DNA of 64,000 nt from Octopus vulgaris (lineage: Eukaryota). Position numbers and translations under genes: made by a program. Each line of letters starts with the position of its first letter. Position 1 is the first letter of the stretch. Shown here one piece after another: positions 13,100-25,513 of this stretch. Location: NCBI GenBank assembly GCA_951406725.2, contig OX597814.1, positions 146,878,001-146,942,000 of the forward strand, in the 5' to 3' direction. The notes under the pieces are model-generated. The model was not told where the DNA came from and did no database searches. It saw nothing but the letters and a program-made list of their open reading frames with translations.

Positions 13100-15357
13100 T
13101 ATTTGTGTGTATGTGTGTATGCGTATATATTTGACCACGCATCCTTATATGTTTGTCTGAATTAAAAAAGAATGATAATGCACAGGTATTACATAATCAC
13201 ACTCATTAGCTTCATAAATGTTTGCTTCCTCATGCAACATTATATAACTACACCAACCAATAAGCACATCAGCAGCATATCAGTATACGTTTAAAATGCT
13301 CCTTTACTAAGAATAATTCCTCTCTGCGAATGTTCAAATTTGTATTCTTAGCTGATGAAATGAAATGATACAGAATCATGTCCTATGATGTAATGACTTC
13401 ATTTCTGGTCCTTCTTTGGAGAATTTTCTCCTGTGACTATCTTCACATTGGGAGATGTTTCCCCGTCCAAGTTCCTAAACTTTCTAAAAATGACCTTGAA
13501 TATTCATCGCTATAAAGAAAAATGCATAATCATATATATAGGCATACATGCACACTGCGCCAAACGCACAAACATAATAGAAAGAGTCAACGTGAATATA
13601 TATCTTATTTATTACGAAAACTATCGCCATTATTTAAATGACGATGTCTCTTAATTAAAGAGGCGCAGTGCATGTAAATTCAGACGAATAAAAATATGTT
13701 CTTAAATAAAGCTAAAGAAAAATCAAATAAAATTAGCAAGTGCGAAAGAATGAAGAATATCAAATTCCTAATTTAAGAACTTAATTAACCTGCCGTGTGA
13801 GATAACTGCTTCATGTGATTAAAATGTCATAGAATGGCCAATTTTATAACAGGACATTCTACATTGAATTCTTAGTGCCAAAAATGTCATGGGATTAATA
13901 TAATACTCTTAACTAAGATATTGAATTAACCTAGGTTTATGATATTTATGAAAAGAATATAAATGATTTAATTTTTATTTATTAAATTAGCTTTTTTCCA
14001 ATTATTAATTTAATTAAAGCTAATCTCGTTTAACTTCTATAGTTGAATATTTAATCATCTATTATTAACCGTCTGCTGTCGTGTTTTCACGATCTACTAT
14101 GGATTTATTTAAAATTTGTGTTACATTTCACACAAATTGACTTCATAATTTGTGTAAACTTATATTATACTTCTTCCTTTCGAAGAAATCTTGCACTTCT
14201 CTTTGCACATTAAATGTTGTAGTACTTACTGTACGCTTACAGAAATGTTTCGTCTTTGTATTGCATAAAAATGAGTTGAATGCATCAACTACATTTTATT
14301 TTTAATTTTTCAGATTCTGCTAAACTGGCGAAATAGATGAGATTAGTATATAGTTTAAGAACTATAGAGGGAATATTTCAAAACCTAATGAAGTAGGAGA
14401 AAGAATTTCAAGACACGGTAAGTTAATGATGATTTGTAGACTCGACCTGATAATATAACAACCAAGAAAATGGTTATTATGATATTCCAGTTTTGTATAG
14501 ATCACATAACAATGCATTTTTCTAGTTCAGTGAGTGAATTTTGACGAGAATTTTTTTGAGTGTAACTGAATATCGATAACGTAGTAACTGCAGCATTTCT
14601 GAAGACTGACGTTTATGCTAATTGTATATTTTAATATCATGTAGTATTTTGTGCCTGTCAGAACTTCAATGTTCAAAATATAAGACTTACAATGACGTAC
14701 TTATATTTCTGAAAATGTCTAATATCTCTATAGATGGCATCTTTCTCGCGAATGGTGAGAAAATTAGTAGGCTCTCATTATATGAGTATGTATTGAAGAT
14801 GTCACAATTATAGCCGTAATATAGAGAAGAACGCTTGTGAAAAATGTAGGAATTTATTTTCCTTAATGTAGACTTAATGATGCCGGAAACAAGCCAACCC
14901 TACAATGGAATAGTAAAACAAGACATTTCCAACTAAATGAATTAGTTACTGCCTAACAAGCAATTATTAACATTGGATGCCATGGTTAACGTATTTAGGG
15001 ATACTGGAAAACAAACATTGGTGTCTTTAACAAAATAAGGACCTGATATGGGAGCACGTCTCCAGTAAGTACTACAACAGTAGAAGTGGTCACTTTAAAA
15101 AGATGTAATGTTGTATCGAAGTAATCTTCGGATTCGTGAGGGAAAGACGAGCATGATTAATATGTTTGATAGTCATTTTGGCATCAACAATTGCAAGGGT
15201 TGACATAGATATCGAAACATATACCTGTGTAAAGGAAATTATGAAATAGTGTAATGGTAAAAGGTGCTTCTCCATCGCCATCTTTAACGACACCATCTAG
15301 GTCTTTGAGTTACTCTAGTGGAATCTGCTATTGAAGAATTCTTGATAGATTACAAAC

Positions 15358-15447
15358 CAAGCGGTACCTCCACGCATCAACCTTCTATGCATCATACGTA
15401 CTCAAGCGGTACCTCCACGCATCAACCTTCTATGCATCATACGTACT
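15358..15447. repeat. Perfect 45-bp tandem duplication
   Basis: CAAGCGGTACCTCCACGCATCAACCTTCTATGCATCATACGTACT twice (15358-15402, 15403-15447). Confidence 0.97.
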
Positions 15448-17158
15448 GCTATTATTTATCTGAATAAGATTAGATAATGAATCAATAGTAAAAATAATTA
15501 TAGTTTATATCACTGAAGAAGCACACCTACACCCAAAATATTCAGGCCATCATCATTCCATCAGTTTTGTATATCTAAGAGTCCGAAATGTACCTTTCTT
15601 TCTTTGATTATATTTGCATTGCCGGAAACGCCGTTGTGAATACATGTTTAATTTGGCAAATGTAGAAATCCTAATTAATTCTTACAAAGGAGCTAAGCGT
15701 TCAGTGCGAGTTAATTTCCTTCGACGATACATTTTACAGTATCAATATACGATCATCATGCAATTTAAAATGTAGTATGTAATATTTTTATAAATGTTTT
15801 AAACTAAAGATACGTTGAGAGGTTAATAAGCGGTTGTGAATAAGTTGTGTTTTGTTTTTATTAACTGACTAAATTTGGGTCATAGACCCTTAAGCCGTTT
15901 AATCAACCGAGTTAAAGAATTTGTAACTTCATTTATAATACTTAAATTTCATGTCGCATTACACCTACTACTATTTCAATATATTTGCTTAAATTCCAGA
16001 CGTCTTTTGATATTTCATTACTGTTGATTCATGCACAACACCACATCATTATATAAACATATAGTCTCAATGTGTATACACAAGGAAACAGAAATTTAGA
16101 GGGTATACTGAAATAACAGAATAGTTAATTAGGTAATATCTATGAAAAGACATATAGTTATACATTTTTAGCATTAGCTTCAACGACTGAAATATTAGAG
16201 GGGATTATGTTGTTCCATAATAAAACTAAAACTCCTTCAGGAAGACAAAGTGTCGTATTTATCAGCTGTACAGTAGCACAGTCAAAAATGTAACATTGTT
16301 TAGTTTCATTTAATATATGAAGTCCAATTTATATCGGTAGTTCGATAACTATAGTTAGATAAAATATGTACCTTTCTAAATATACGCTATCACAATATTC
16401 TTAAAATGGTTATGTACACTTTTTGTATAAACAACACGTAAAATATAATTTTAATATATTATTCCGGGTGCCACTGAAATAATACAAAAAACTTTTAACT
16501 TTATGCCATCTGCCTAGTCTCAAAAAATTAATTGTGAGTAATTGTTTTGTTTAGAGATTATGCCAAAAGAAATCAGACGATCAAAGAACTTAAAGTTTAA
16601 TAGAAAATATGCATTTGTTTCAGGAAAATGACTAAAACATTCCAGTTTATTTTCCCCAATAAAACTGTATACTAAAAGAATACAATTTCCAGTAGAAGCT
16701 GGGACGTAGGACAATAGAAACTACTATATTAATCATGGTATTTTATTGTTTATTGTTGAGGACTGCATGATTATTCCTGAGCAGACATGCAAACATAAAA
16801 ATATGAGGAAGGAAACACGAAAAATGTGTGGATATAAAAACGAATTTCTATAACAGAATTCAATTTACTTCAGTTATAAACCATGTAGCAATATTGAGAG
16901 AGATTAGACGAGTGACATTGTTCGACAACAGCTAAGTCCAATAACACAAATAACTATCTTCGCACTCTGAGATTTAGTGCTATAAAAGTTTCAAATTATT
17001 GCATAAATATTTTATACGGATACGCAATTGTGAAGCACTGAATCTTAGTGATATTGAATTTTGTATGTAACTTCCATTCCATATCTATTTATCTATCTAT
17101 CTAATTGTGCACCTCTCTTTCTAGGTATGTATGTATGTATGTATGTATGTATGTATGT

Positions 17159-17224
<66 letters not shown>

Positions 17225-18061
17225 AAAATAAGAAAAATAAGAAAATAGTGATAAATCAATCGATAATTATATTTATTAATCACAAAAGTAGACATAATCT
17301 CTGACAGCTGTTTCGATACAGACTTTAAATATATATATATATATACATATATATATTTTTAGAGAGAGAGATATAGATACCTAGATAGATAGATAGATAC
17401 TAGATACATACATACATATGTATACACACACATCGCTGCTGTTGTTTGTTAGTTTCTCTCAGATTACGAAATTACGTGTGTTTGTGAACAATGAGCCTGC
17501 TTAGCATATTAGAAATAAGGTGAACATTCTGAGTTTTAGCGTAACAATAGCAGCAAACTAGACTTTAATAGATAACGTATCGTATGTAGAAGAATGCGTA
17601 AGTATTGTTATATACTCTTTTTATATTTTCTCAAGTAAAATTTCATTTATCATTTTTATAGGAAATCTATTATAAACCGCCACTCCTTCGCATTGCATAC
17701 ATGTCAATTCTTCGAGGAACTATTTGATGAAAATTAAATTAAACCAAGATCTAATTCCTTTCAGTTGTTCTCATTTGAGAAATAGCCATCAGAGTGATTT
17801 GTTTTCTTCATATAGCAGGGAAGTTAATTCATAACTTGAGTCCATAACAGTTACAAAAATTCATTAATACACAATTGAGTCCACAACAACTTTGAAAATT
17901 GATTCTATGTTTACGGCACGTTCTATATGCCCTCCTAAATTGCATTTGTTTATCTGATGTGACTCGTCTCTTGCAGTATTCAAGCTGTCATTTGAAGTCT
18001 TCTTTATTGTATCAGATATCAGTTTTGTGAAACTAAGTTTGAAACAAATATCACGTTTCTT

Positions 18062-19175
18062 CAGTGATGGCTAATAATAGTGACATCATTGATAGATGAA
18101 GTATTTTTTGATATATGTTATGAATACAGCTTCATGTGTGACTATACAACTTAACATAGGAATTTTGCATCTGTTATTTCCAATAGAAATAAGTATCATC
18201 AGATGTAAAATAAATGTCTGTGTGTGAGTATTTGTTATGTGTGTAGGTATATAGTTTTTCTTTTCTTTTACTTGATGCAGTCATTAGACTGCGGCCATAT
18301 TACAACAGGGACTTGCAGAATCTTTAAACATAGGAATTCTGCATCTGTTATTTCCAATAGAAATAAGTATCATCAGATGTAAAATAAATGTATGTGTGTG
18401 AGGATTTGTTATGTGTGTAGGTATATAGTTTTTCTTTTTTTTACTTGATGCAGTCATTAGACTGCGGCCATATTACAACAGTGACTTGCAGAATCTTTAA
18501 TCGCATGAGTCTAATTCAGTAATTATTTTTTTAAAGCCTGGTACTTATTGTGTCAGACTCTTTTGCCTAACCGTTAAAATGTGGAGACGTAAACACACCG
18601 ACGACAATTTAGCGATTAGGCAAATGAGACCAAGAGAATAAGTATTAGATTTACAAATTATAAGACTTGCGTTTGATTTCTTCTTGTAAAATACCCTTGA
18701 AGGCGGTGCTACAAAAATGACTGAAACAAGTAAAAGAATACACACACACACACACTCAAATATACAGCTACACGCACATACTCCCCCATATATATATATA
18801 TATATATATATACGGAAAGTAGGATGACGTCACTGCTTTTTGGCCTCAGGAAAACATCTCATCCAGCTGTCTACCGACACATGGTCTCTGAACATATATA
18901 TATATATATACATATATACATATACGTGGACAGATGAAATAACATATGCAGAATTCCTATATTAAGCTGTATAGTCACACATGAAGCAGTATTCATTCCA
19001 CCTAAATTCGTCAGTTATCTCCATCTATCAGTGAAAAATATAATTTCTGTACAAGATCGTTTTAATAAAGAAAATTTATTTATCGGACAATACAGTTCAC
19101 GCCAGAATATGAACGCATAACCAACTTTGGTCGTCTCAGTATATATTTTAATTCATCATCACATAGCCATCACTG
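18062..19175. mobile_element. Palindromic MITE-like element, interrupted by a SINE remnant and a tandem duplication
   Basis: 12-bp terminal IR CAGTGATGGCTA (18062-18073 / 19164-19175) plus an internal ~60-bp IR (18120-18180 vs ~18935-18995) with few mismatches. Confidence 0.6.
18153..18500. repeat. ~174-bp tandem duplication
   Basis: AACATAGGAATT..GCAGAATCTTTAA at 18153-18326 and 18327-18500, with a few substitutions. Confidence 0.95.
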
Positions 19176-19460
19176 TATATATTTCATATTTTAGCTTATG
19201 AGATTTTGTATGTTTATTTATCCCACCCTCAAAATGAAAAACTGCCATCCCTGTCCCGAGTAATAACCATCACCAATTGCCAAGAAGATTTTTCTACTTG
19301 TTGATTAACAGAACATGGACTAAAATCTTTTTAAGAAAATACGAAATTACAATCATTTCAATGTCATAATTAGCGAAAGCAAAACCGATCAACAACCAAA
19401 ATACCATTTCTTTTTAAATATATTAGAAATATGTAAATTGTGTGCTTTGTCCTTTTATGT

Positions 19461-19493
<33 letters not shown>

Positions 19494-21577
19494 GCACACA
19501 CACACACACACTCACACTCACACTTACATATTTGTATATATATATATATACATACATATAGAGTGCCTTGTGCGTTTGCATATTTCCTAACGAAACTTCC
19601 ATGAAAATGAACAGTATACAGTAAAACTATACATTTCTGAATATGACACAAACTATGCTAACAAATGCATGAATTTGGGATTTACAATCGACGAACCGTA
19701 ATGGTAGTATCATAATTTCGAAATGTATTACAGAATGTTTCTTCTACCTATATTTTACTTCATTCGAAAATTTGAATGGCTTATTAGTCAATCAACCCAC
19801 AGCACATAAAATTACGTGACTCGAACTGACGATCTCTATGTTGTCGCTGAAAATCCATGGTTACGAATAATAATCCACACCACACATCGTTCACAATATC
19901 ATTCGTAATAGGTGAAGACAACGTTAACCTTTTGAAATATATATAATATTTTGACGAATGTGCGTATGTATATTTGTAAGAAATATGCGATGTGTGCTTC
20001 TAAGTATGAATGTGTGTGTGTGTGTGTGTTCTTTCAGTGTCGACGCACGAGGTTGAACATATTAACTCTGTTTCAGTATTAAATTTTATGTTAACTGTAA
20101 CTTATATGCATTTCAAATTTTCCTGGGAGAATACCTTTATTTCGTCACTACATATCTTGATTTTATCTGTCTTTTCAACTGAATCAAATTATTTTAGTTG
20201 CGATTATATTGCCGATTTGTTAAAGTGAAATCTCTTGGGGCCACTATTTCTTACGTTTTGTATCTCCAATCTCAATTTATTGATCATTGACGTCATTTTT
20301 TAACAACTAAATTATCTTTTTTATTCGCAATATTTCGTTTTTAAACTTCGGTCTTTTTTCAACAAGGTTAACGTGAGATCTTGTACTGAACAAGTTGCTG
20401 TTATATTTTCGGAAGGGATATACTGCCAAGAGGTCATATACAGTGGCTGTTGTTTATTTCGATTTTTGTTTTCTTAACTCATTTGTGGCAATTCATATTT
20501 TCTCTCACTGCTGTGATATTTTCGGTTATTTCAATCCTGTTATAGAATATTATTGGAATTTTCACGGTACTGTGATGAAACACTTCAAGACAAATTTGAT
20601 AAAAATATTAAAAATTAATCAAATTATAACTGATGTATATGTATGGTTTGGTAGTATGACCATAGCAAATACAAAAATATTTTTTTATATATTGATAAAG
20701 AATGAATATATATCAAAATAATTAAAATGCGAAGAGAAATATAAACTTTGAGGTTATAAAAAGTCTTATACAGAGTATTTGAAAATGTAGAGCAACGAAA
20801 AAAAAACATATTATAAGTACTGGCCAATAAATTACCTTAAATAGATGCAATACAATAATGAATCTTACTGACTATATCGTAAATGTATGATGGATTTCAT
20901 TGGCAATATTTACAGATTGTACTCTAAGACACATCCCTGGCTTAACAAAGTGTTAGTCAGCAACATGTTTCAACCACTTCTCCACATACACATTTTGTCT
21001 GTCTTATACAGGTAACACAGCAATTTTCATTTCTCAAAGATAAACTTGCCTACACGGTTCATGCTTTCGATCGCCATCGCCATAATAGATCGCTAACCAC
21101 TACACAGCATTTCTTTTCCCTTCTTGTTTCTTTCTATATTCCTTTCTGTGGAAGATCGTAGATTCGTAACGTTAAAGACGTTTTCACTTCTCAAGCGTTA
21201 TACTAATACATCTGTTTGTTGTCTACACCACCTGTCTTCGCCTTTTGTTTTTCTTTTGTGCTTTCTACCCCCTATACATATACGTATATGCATATATATA
21301 TATATATATATAAATAAGTTTGGCTTGGTTTCCAATAGATTTGACTCAAGATGGACAGGCACCCCTCGGCACAAATCCATACATTGATTCTAAATTATCT
21401 GCCAATCCCTTTTGCGTAGATAACTTCCATAATATATATTCGCCACCCGCTTTCCACCATGCTTCTTTTAAGTGAGTTTTATATGGTTTAGAGGTTCATT
21501 TGTCTGCCATGTCTACTAAAGCTGGTACTCTTCAGCAGCATATTTATATGACATATATAAATGTGCATACATATATG

Positions 21578-21654
<77 letters not shown>

Positions 21655-22101
21655 CAATGGAATAATTACTATGATGCATTGTGAAGAAAAAAACTGTATA
21701 GAGGATCTTGGGTAAGGCCAGAACAATGCGAAGTAAATGCAAAAGTAAATCACAAGGAAACAAATATATGAATTAATGTAGACTCAGTATTGACCCCAAT
21801 GTTGCCGATGTGCGTGTGTGTGAGCGTATGTTGAGCGGAAAGGTGTTGCTATACCAACCAGCTAGCTTACTGTATTTCTCTTCTGTTGTTGATCTCAGGT
21901 TTCTTTTGGTGTATGAGGATGGCCTCAGAGATTCTAAGGTTTCCCGTGCACTGCTGTGTTGCCTTGAAAATGTGGTCATAACTCCGAAGTACTTAATACA
22001 AGGTACGTGTACATTAATTCATATGTTTCTTTTCTTGTGCTTTACCTTGCATTTCACAATGATCTAGCCTTACCCATAATCCTTTATGCAATATATATGT
22101 A

Positions 22102-22138
<37 letters not shown>

Positions 22139-22470
22139 GCATGGCTCAGTGATTAGAGCGTCGAGCTTACGATCGTGAGGTTGTGAGCTCGAATCCCGGA
22201 CCGGGCTGCGTGTTGTGTTCTCGAGCAAGGCACTTTATTTCACGTTGCTCCAGTTCACTCAGCTGTGGAAATGAGTTGCGACGTCACTGGTGCCAAGCTG
22301 TATCGACCTTTGTCTTTCCCTTGGATAACACTGGTGGCGTGGAGAGGGGAGGCTGGTATGCATGGGCGACTGCTGGCCTTCCATAAACAACCTTGCCCGG
22401 ACTTGTGTCTAGGAGGGTAACTTTCTAGGTGCAATCCCATGGTCATTCATGACCGAAGGGGGTCTTTACC
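22139..22470 (+). mobile_element. tRNA-derived SINE (family B), near full length
   Basis: A/B-box head TGGCTCAGTGATTAGAGC..GAGCTCGAATCCC, central GTGTTCTCGAGCAAGGCACTT, tail GGTCATTCATGACCGAAGGGGGTC. A related copy lies at 49801-50130. Confidence 0.88.
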
Positions 22471-22480
22471 TTTATATATA

Positions 22481-22568
<88 letters not shown>

Positions 22569-22587
22569 CTTTATATATATATATATA

Positions 22588-22647
<60 letters not shown>

Positions 22648-23239
22648 GCTTGCGCGCACAATAACTGGGTATTTACTTTATACTTTCCTTTGAAGTTGCG
22701 AGAATAGAAGTATGATTAAATTTGTCAATATGTAGTTGAGCAGGCTAAAAATTTCATTTCATTACGCATGTCATATCAGGGCTTGTTTTCTAGCACAAAT
22801 GTCACTTTGCAGGTGATTAACAACAGGTAAACATTACATAAATAATTCTCGAGAATGTATCCTCTAGCATACTTGGGGGGGAATACCTCTGTAAGCATAC
22901 CTCACATAAGCCTCCACATTTTTTGTCGAACAGATCGCTGACAACGGTGAAGTTTCGTTTGCGACATTCTTAACGCAGAAATTGGAGCCTTTGTGTCACA
23001 TCGTTCTCTGTTCTTGCCGTTCTGGCAACTTCCCGCAGCCGCCGATAGAGCTTGATTCTCTGAGGAATTGTGTGCCAGAATTGTACTAGTTAAACATTTC
23101 ACCCAAAGGTGTTCTTCACCGAATTTTACAGTCAGCTGTTACGTATTTAGTGATTGCAAACCATCTTACTCTGTCACCTCTCTCTATCCTCCTCTCTCTA
23201 TTTATGTAGATATACACACACAGAGAGACTTATATATAT

Positions 23240-23289
<50 letters not shown>

Positions 23290-24949
23290 TTCACAGGCAC
23301 AGAACGAGAGTGAGAAATTTGAATAATGTTCTTAAAAGTGTAAAAACTCCAAGTATCAAGTGGAGTTAATTATTTTAAATAATTTTATTCGCAATATCTT
23401 TCAACTTCAGATATTGGGCTCATTGCCAGTCTGAGTGAGTCAATTCCAATCGAATATTCTTAGTTACTCTCAATAAAAGCTATGACAGTATATCTGTATA
23501 TGTCTTTGAGTATGAATGCGCGTGAGTGTATGTGTATGTATACTGGGTGTGTACATGTAAACTTAGACTTGTTTATTACTTTCTACATAATTTAAGGAAA
23601 TTTCTGGAAGCGTTGTCAATAAAACCAGGATAGCAAACTTATTAACACACGAGAATACAATAAAATTTATTACGAGGATATCACATGGTTAATTTTTCGA
23701 AGAGTAGGCGGAAAACCTACTCTTCGAACGTATAGAAAAAAGTTAAAACATTTTCCTTTTTAACGTATTTGAAATTCTTTTTAAGGACAGACGTTTATTG
23801 TTATTGTTTTAATCTATTTTTTTAACATAAAAATACCATTTTTTTTTACTGTATTCCTTTTACATTAAATCATATTATCAATTCTTAGCTCAAACACATG
23901 TGAGATGTTTTTGTCTTGTGCATATATACCAGGCTAAATATTTGAAACCAGAAAACCCACAAAAGAGTGGTTTCATTTCTTTACGTCTAAAAGATATGCT
24001 TAATAAAAATGTTTTGAAAATGCTCGATAAATGGAATAATATCAATCACCTGCAACCAAAATAATATCTTGAACGTTTGTGATTGCCCACATTTCTGTGT
24101 TTTGCGATTTATTGTGTTTTGTGTATATGCGGCTGAAATATGGATATTAAAAGTAACAAAAACATATTAAGACAAAATAGAAGGATTCGTATTTACGAAT
24201 ATTTACAAGAGAGAGTTATGAAAAGAAAAATTTATAACGCTTTTCAATACTTAAGAAACCACAGCAATAAAAGTTGCCTGTGAATTAATAGTTCTGGGAA
24301 TTCTTAAGTCACTATGCCCGTATCATTTATTTAATATCTTGTTTTGATGTATACATACGTTTATGTTTTCAAAAACATTATTATGTCAAGAAGCTTTCAA
24401 CGATTGTAATTTTTTCTTTGGGTTTCTTTATATCAACATATTTATAAATAATACATAAATTGTGTTATTTTATTGTATTTCATATTCGATATTCCTTCTG
24501 CGTTCTTCACTGTTATTGCTTGGAGCCATTTCTATAACAATTATTCAGATGGAAATTGTTGTTTTCTCCACCATTTTTACTTCAATATATTTGTCACTTC
24601 GATAAATTTATTCATAAACATATATTTCCATTCTAGCACTTCATATAAATAAATGCATTTTGTTGACTACACCACTATTCAATGTGTCAACTGATCAAAC
24701 GTTTTATAAGCGAAAAACACTGATAGATTGATTGATTGATATTAATGTATTTATGCGAACATAGCAGATAATTTTCACAGTTTGTGAAAGCAATATAAAT
24801 ATAAAAGAAATAATTACTAGTAGGCAATCAAGTCAAGAGATGTAGAATAGATAAATCATACCGTCATGTTTTGAGATATCATTATTCCGAAGTAGAATGT
24901 GAAGTTACATTATGTTATAATTATGAAATCAAATATTTGCGACTTTTGG

Positions 24950-25510
24950 TAACCACATTGATACGATTGGAATACATACATTTCTTAAAACCTGTGTCGA
25001 TGAATGCAGGAACCATATAGAAAGCAATTACAAACAGCTTATATTTTAGGTATGGAATACAAAGCTAATGGATTGGTTTAGCGTTTGAGGTCGATTCTCA
25101 GTATGTGTATCTATCGTAACCAGGAAGAGAGCGATATACTTGTACCAAGGATGTACATCACAATCAACTAGCTAGTTCTTAAGAACAGGGCATGATGGTG
25201 AGGTAATATATTTTCATCAGTAGGATGCTTATTTTTGTCTAGAATATTTGTTTAATTTCAGCTTTACAATGTACGTGACAACCAATATTCATTGTGGATC
25301 TGGTTTGAGCCTGGTACGGGGCTGGAAACTGGAGCGTACTATTTTGTAACCTTAAAAATACGCGTTTTTGAGATGCCGGTTTTTTCTAATGGTAGGAATG
25401 TTGTTGCTAGAATTCAATGAGGTATTTTGTAGGCTATCATTTGTAGTGTCCTTGAGAATCTTATTAATAATCGGTCAACATGAGATAAACAAAAGAAACT
25501 AACTGTTTCA
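24950..25510 (-). mobile_element. Possible highly decayed 3' part of an R4-like element
   Basis: Only faint motifs on the minus strand: ITSPSCPVL (CCHC end), ENRPQ (cf. NRPD) and CIPIV. The order is consistent with the RT fragment at 27480-28010. Confidence 0.35.
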
Positions 25511-25513
25511 TAT

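Noticed and set aside
21140-21182. Hammerhead-like remnants (also ~32755-32790, ~40130-40165, ~12530-12585)
   Set aside because: The core boxes are mutated. They may be PLE-derived relics, but I cannot support them as ribozymes.
22141-22205. Functional tRNA genes at SINE heads
   Set aside because: There is no complete cloverleaf, and each head continues into a SINE body.
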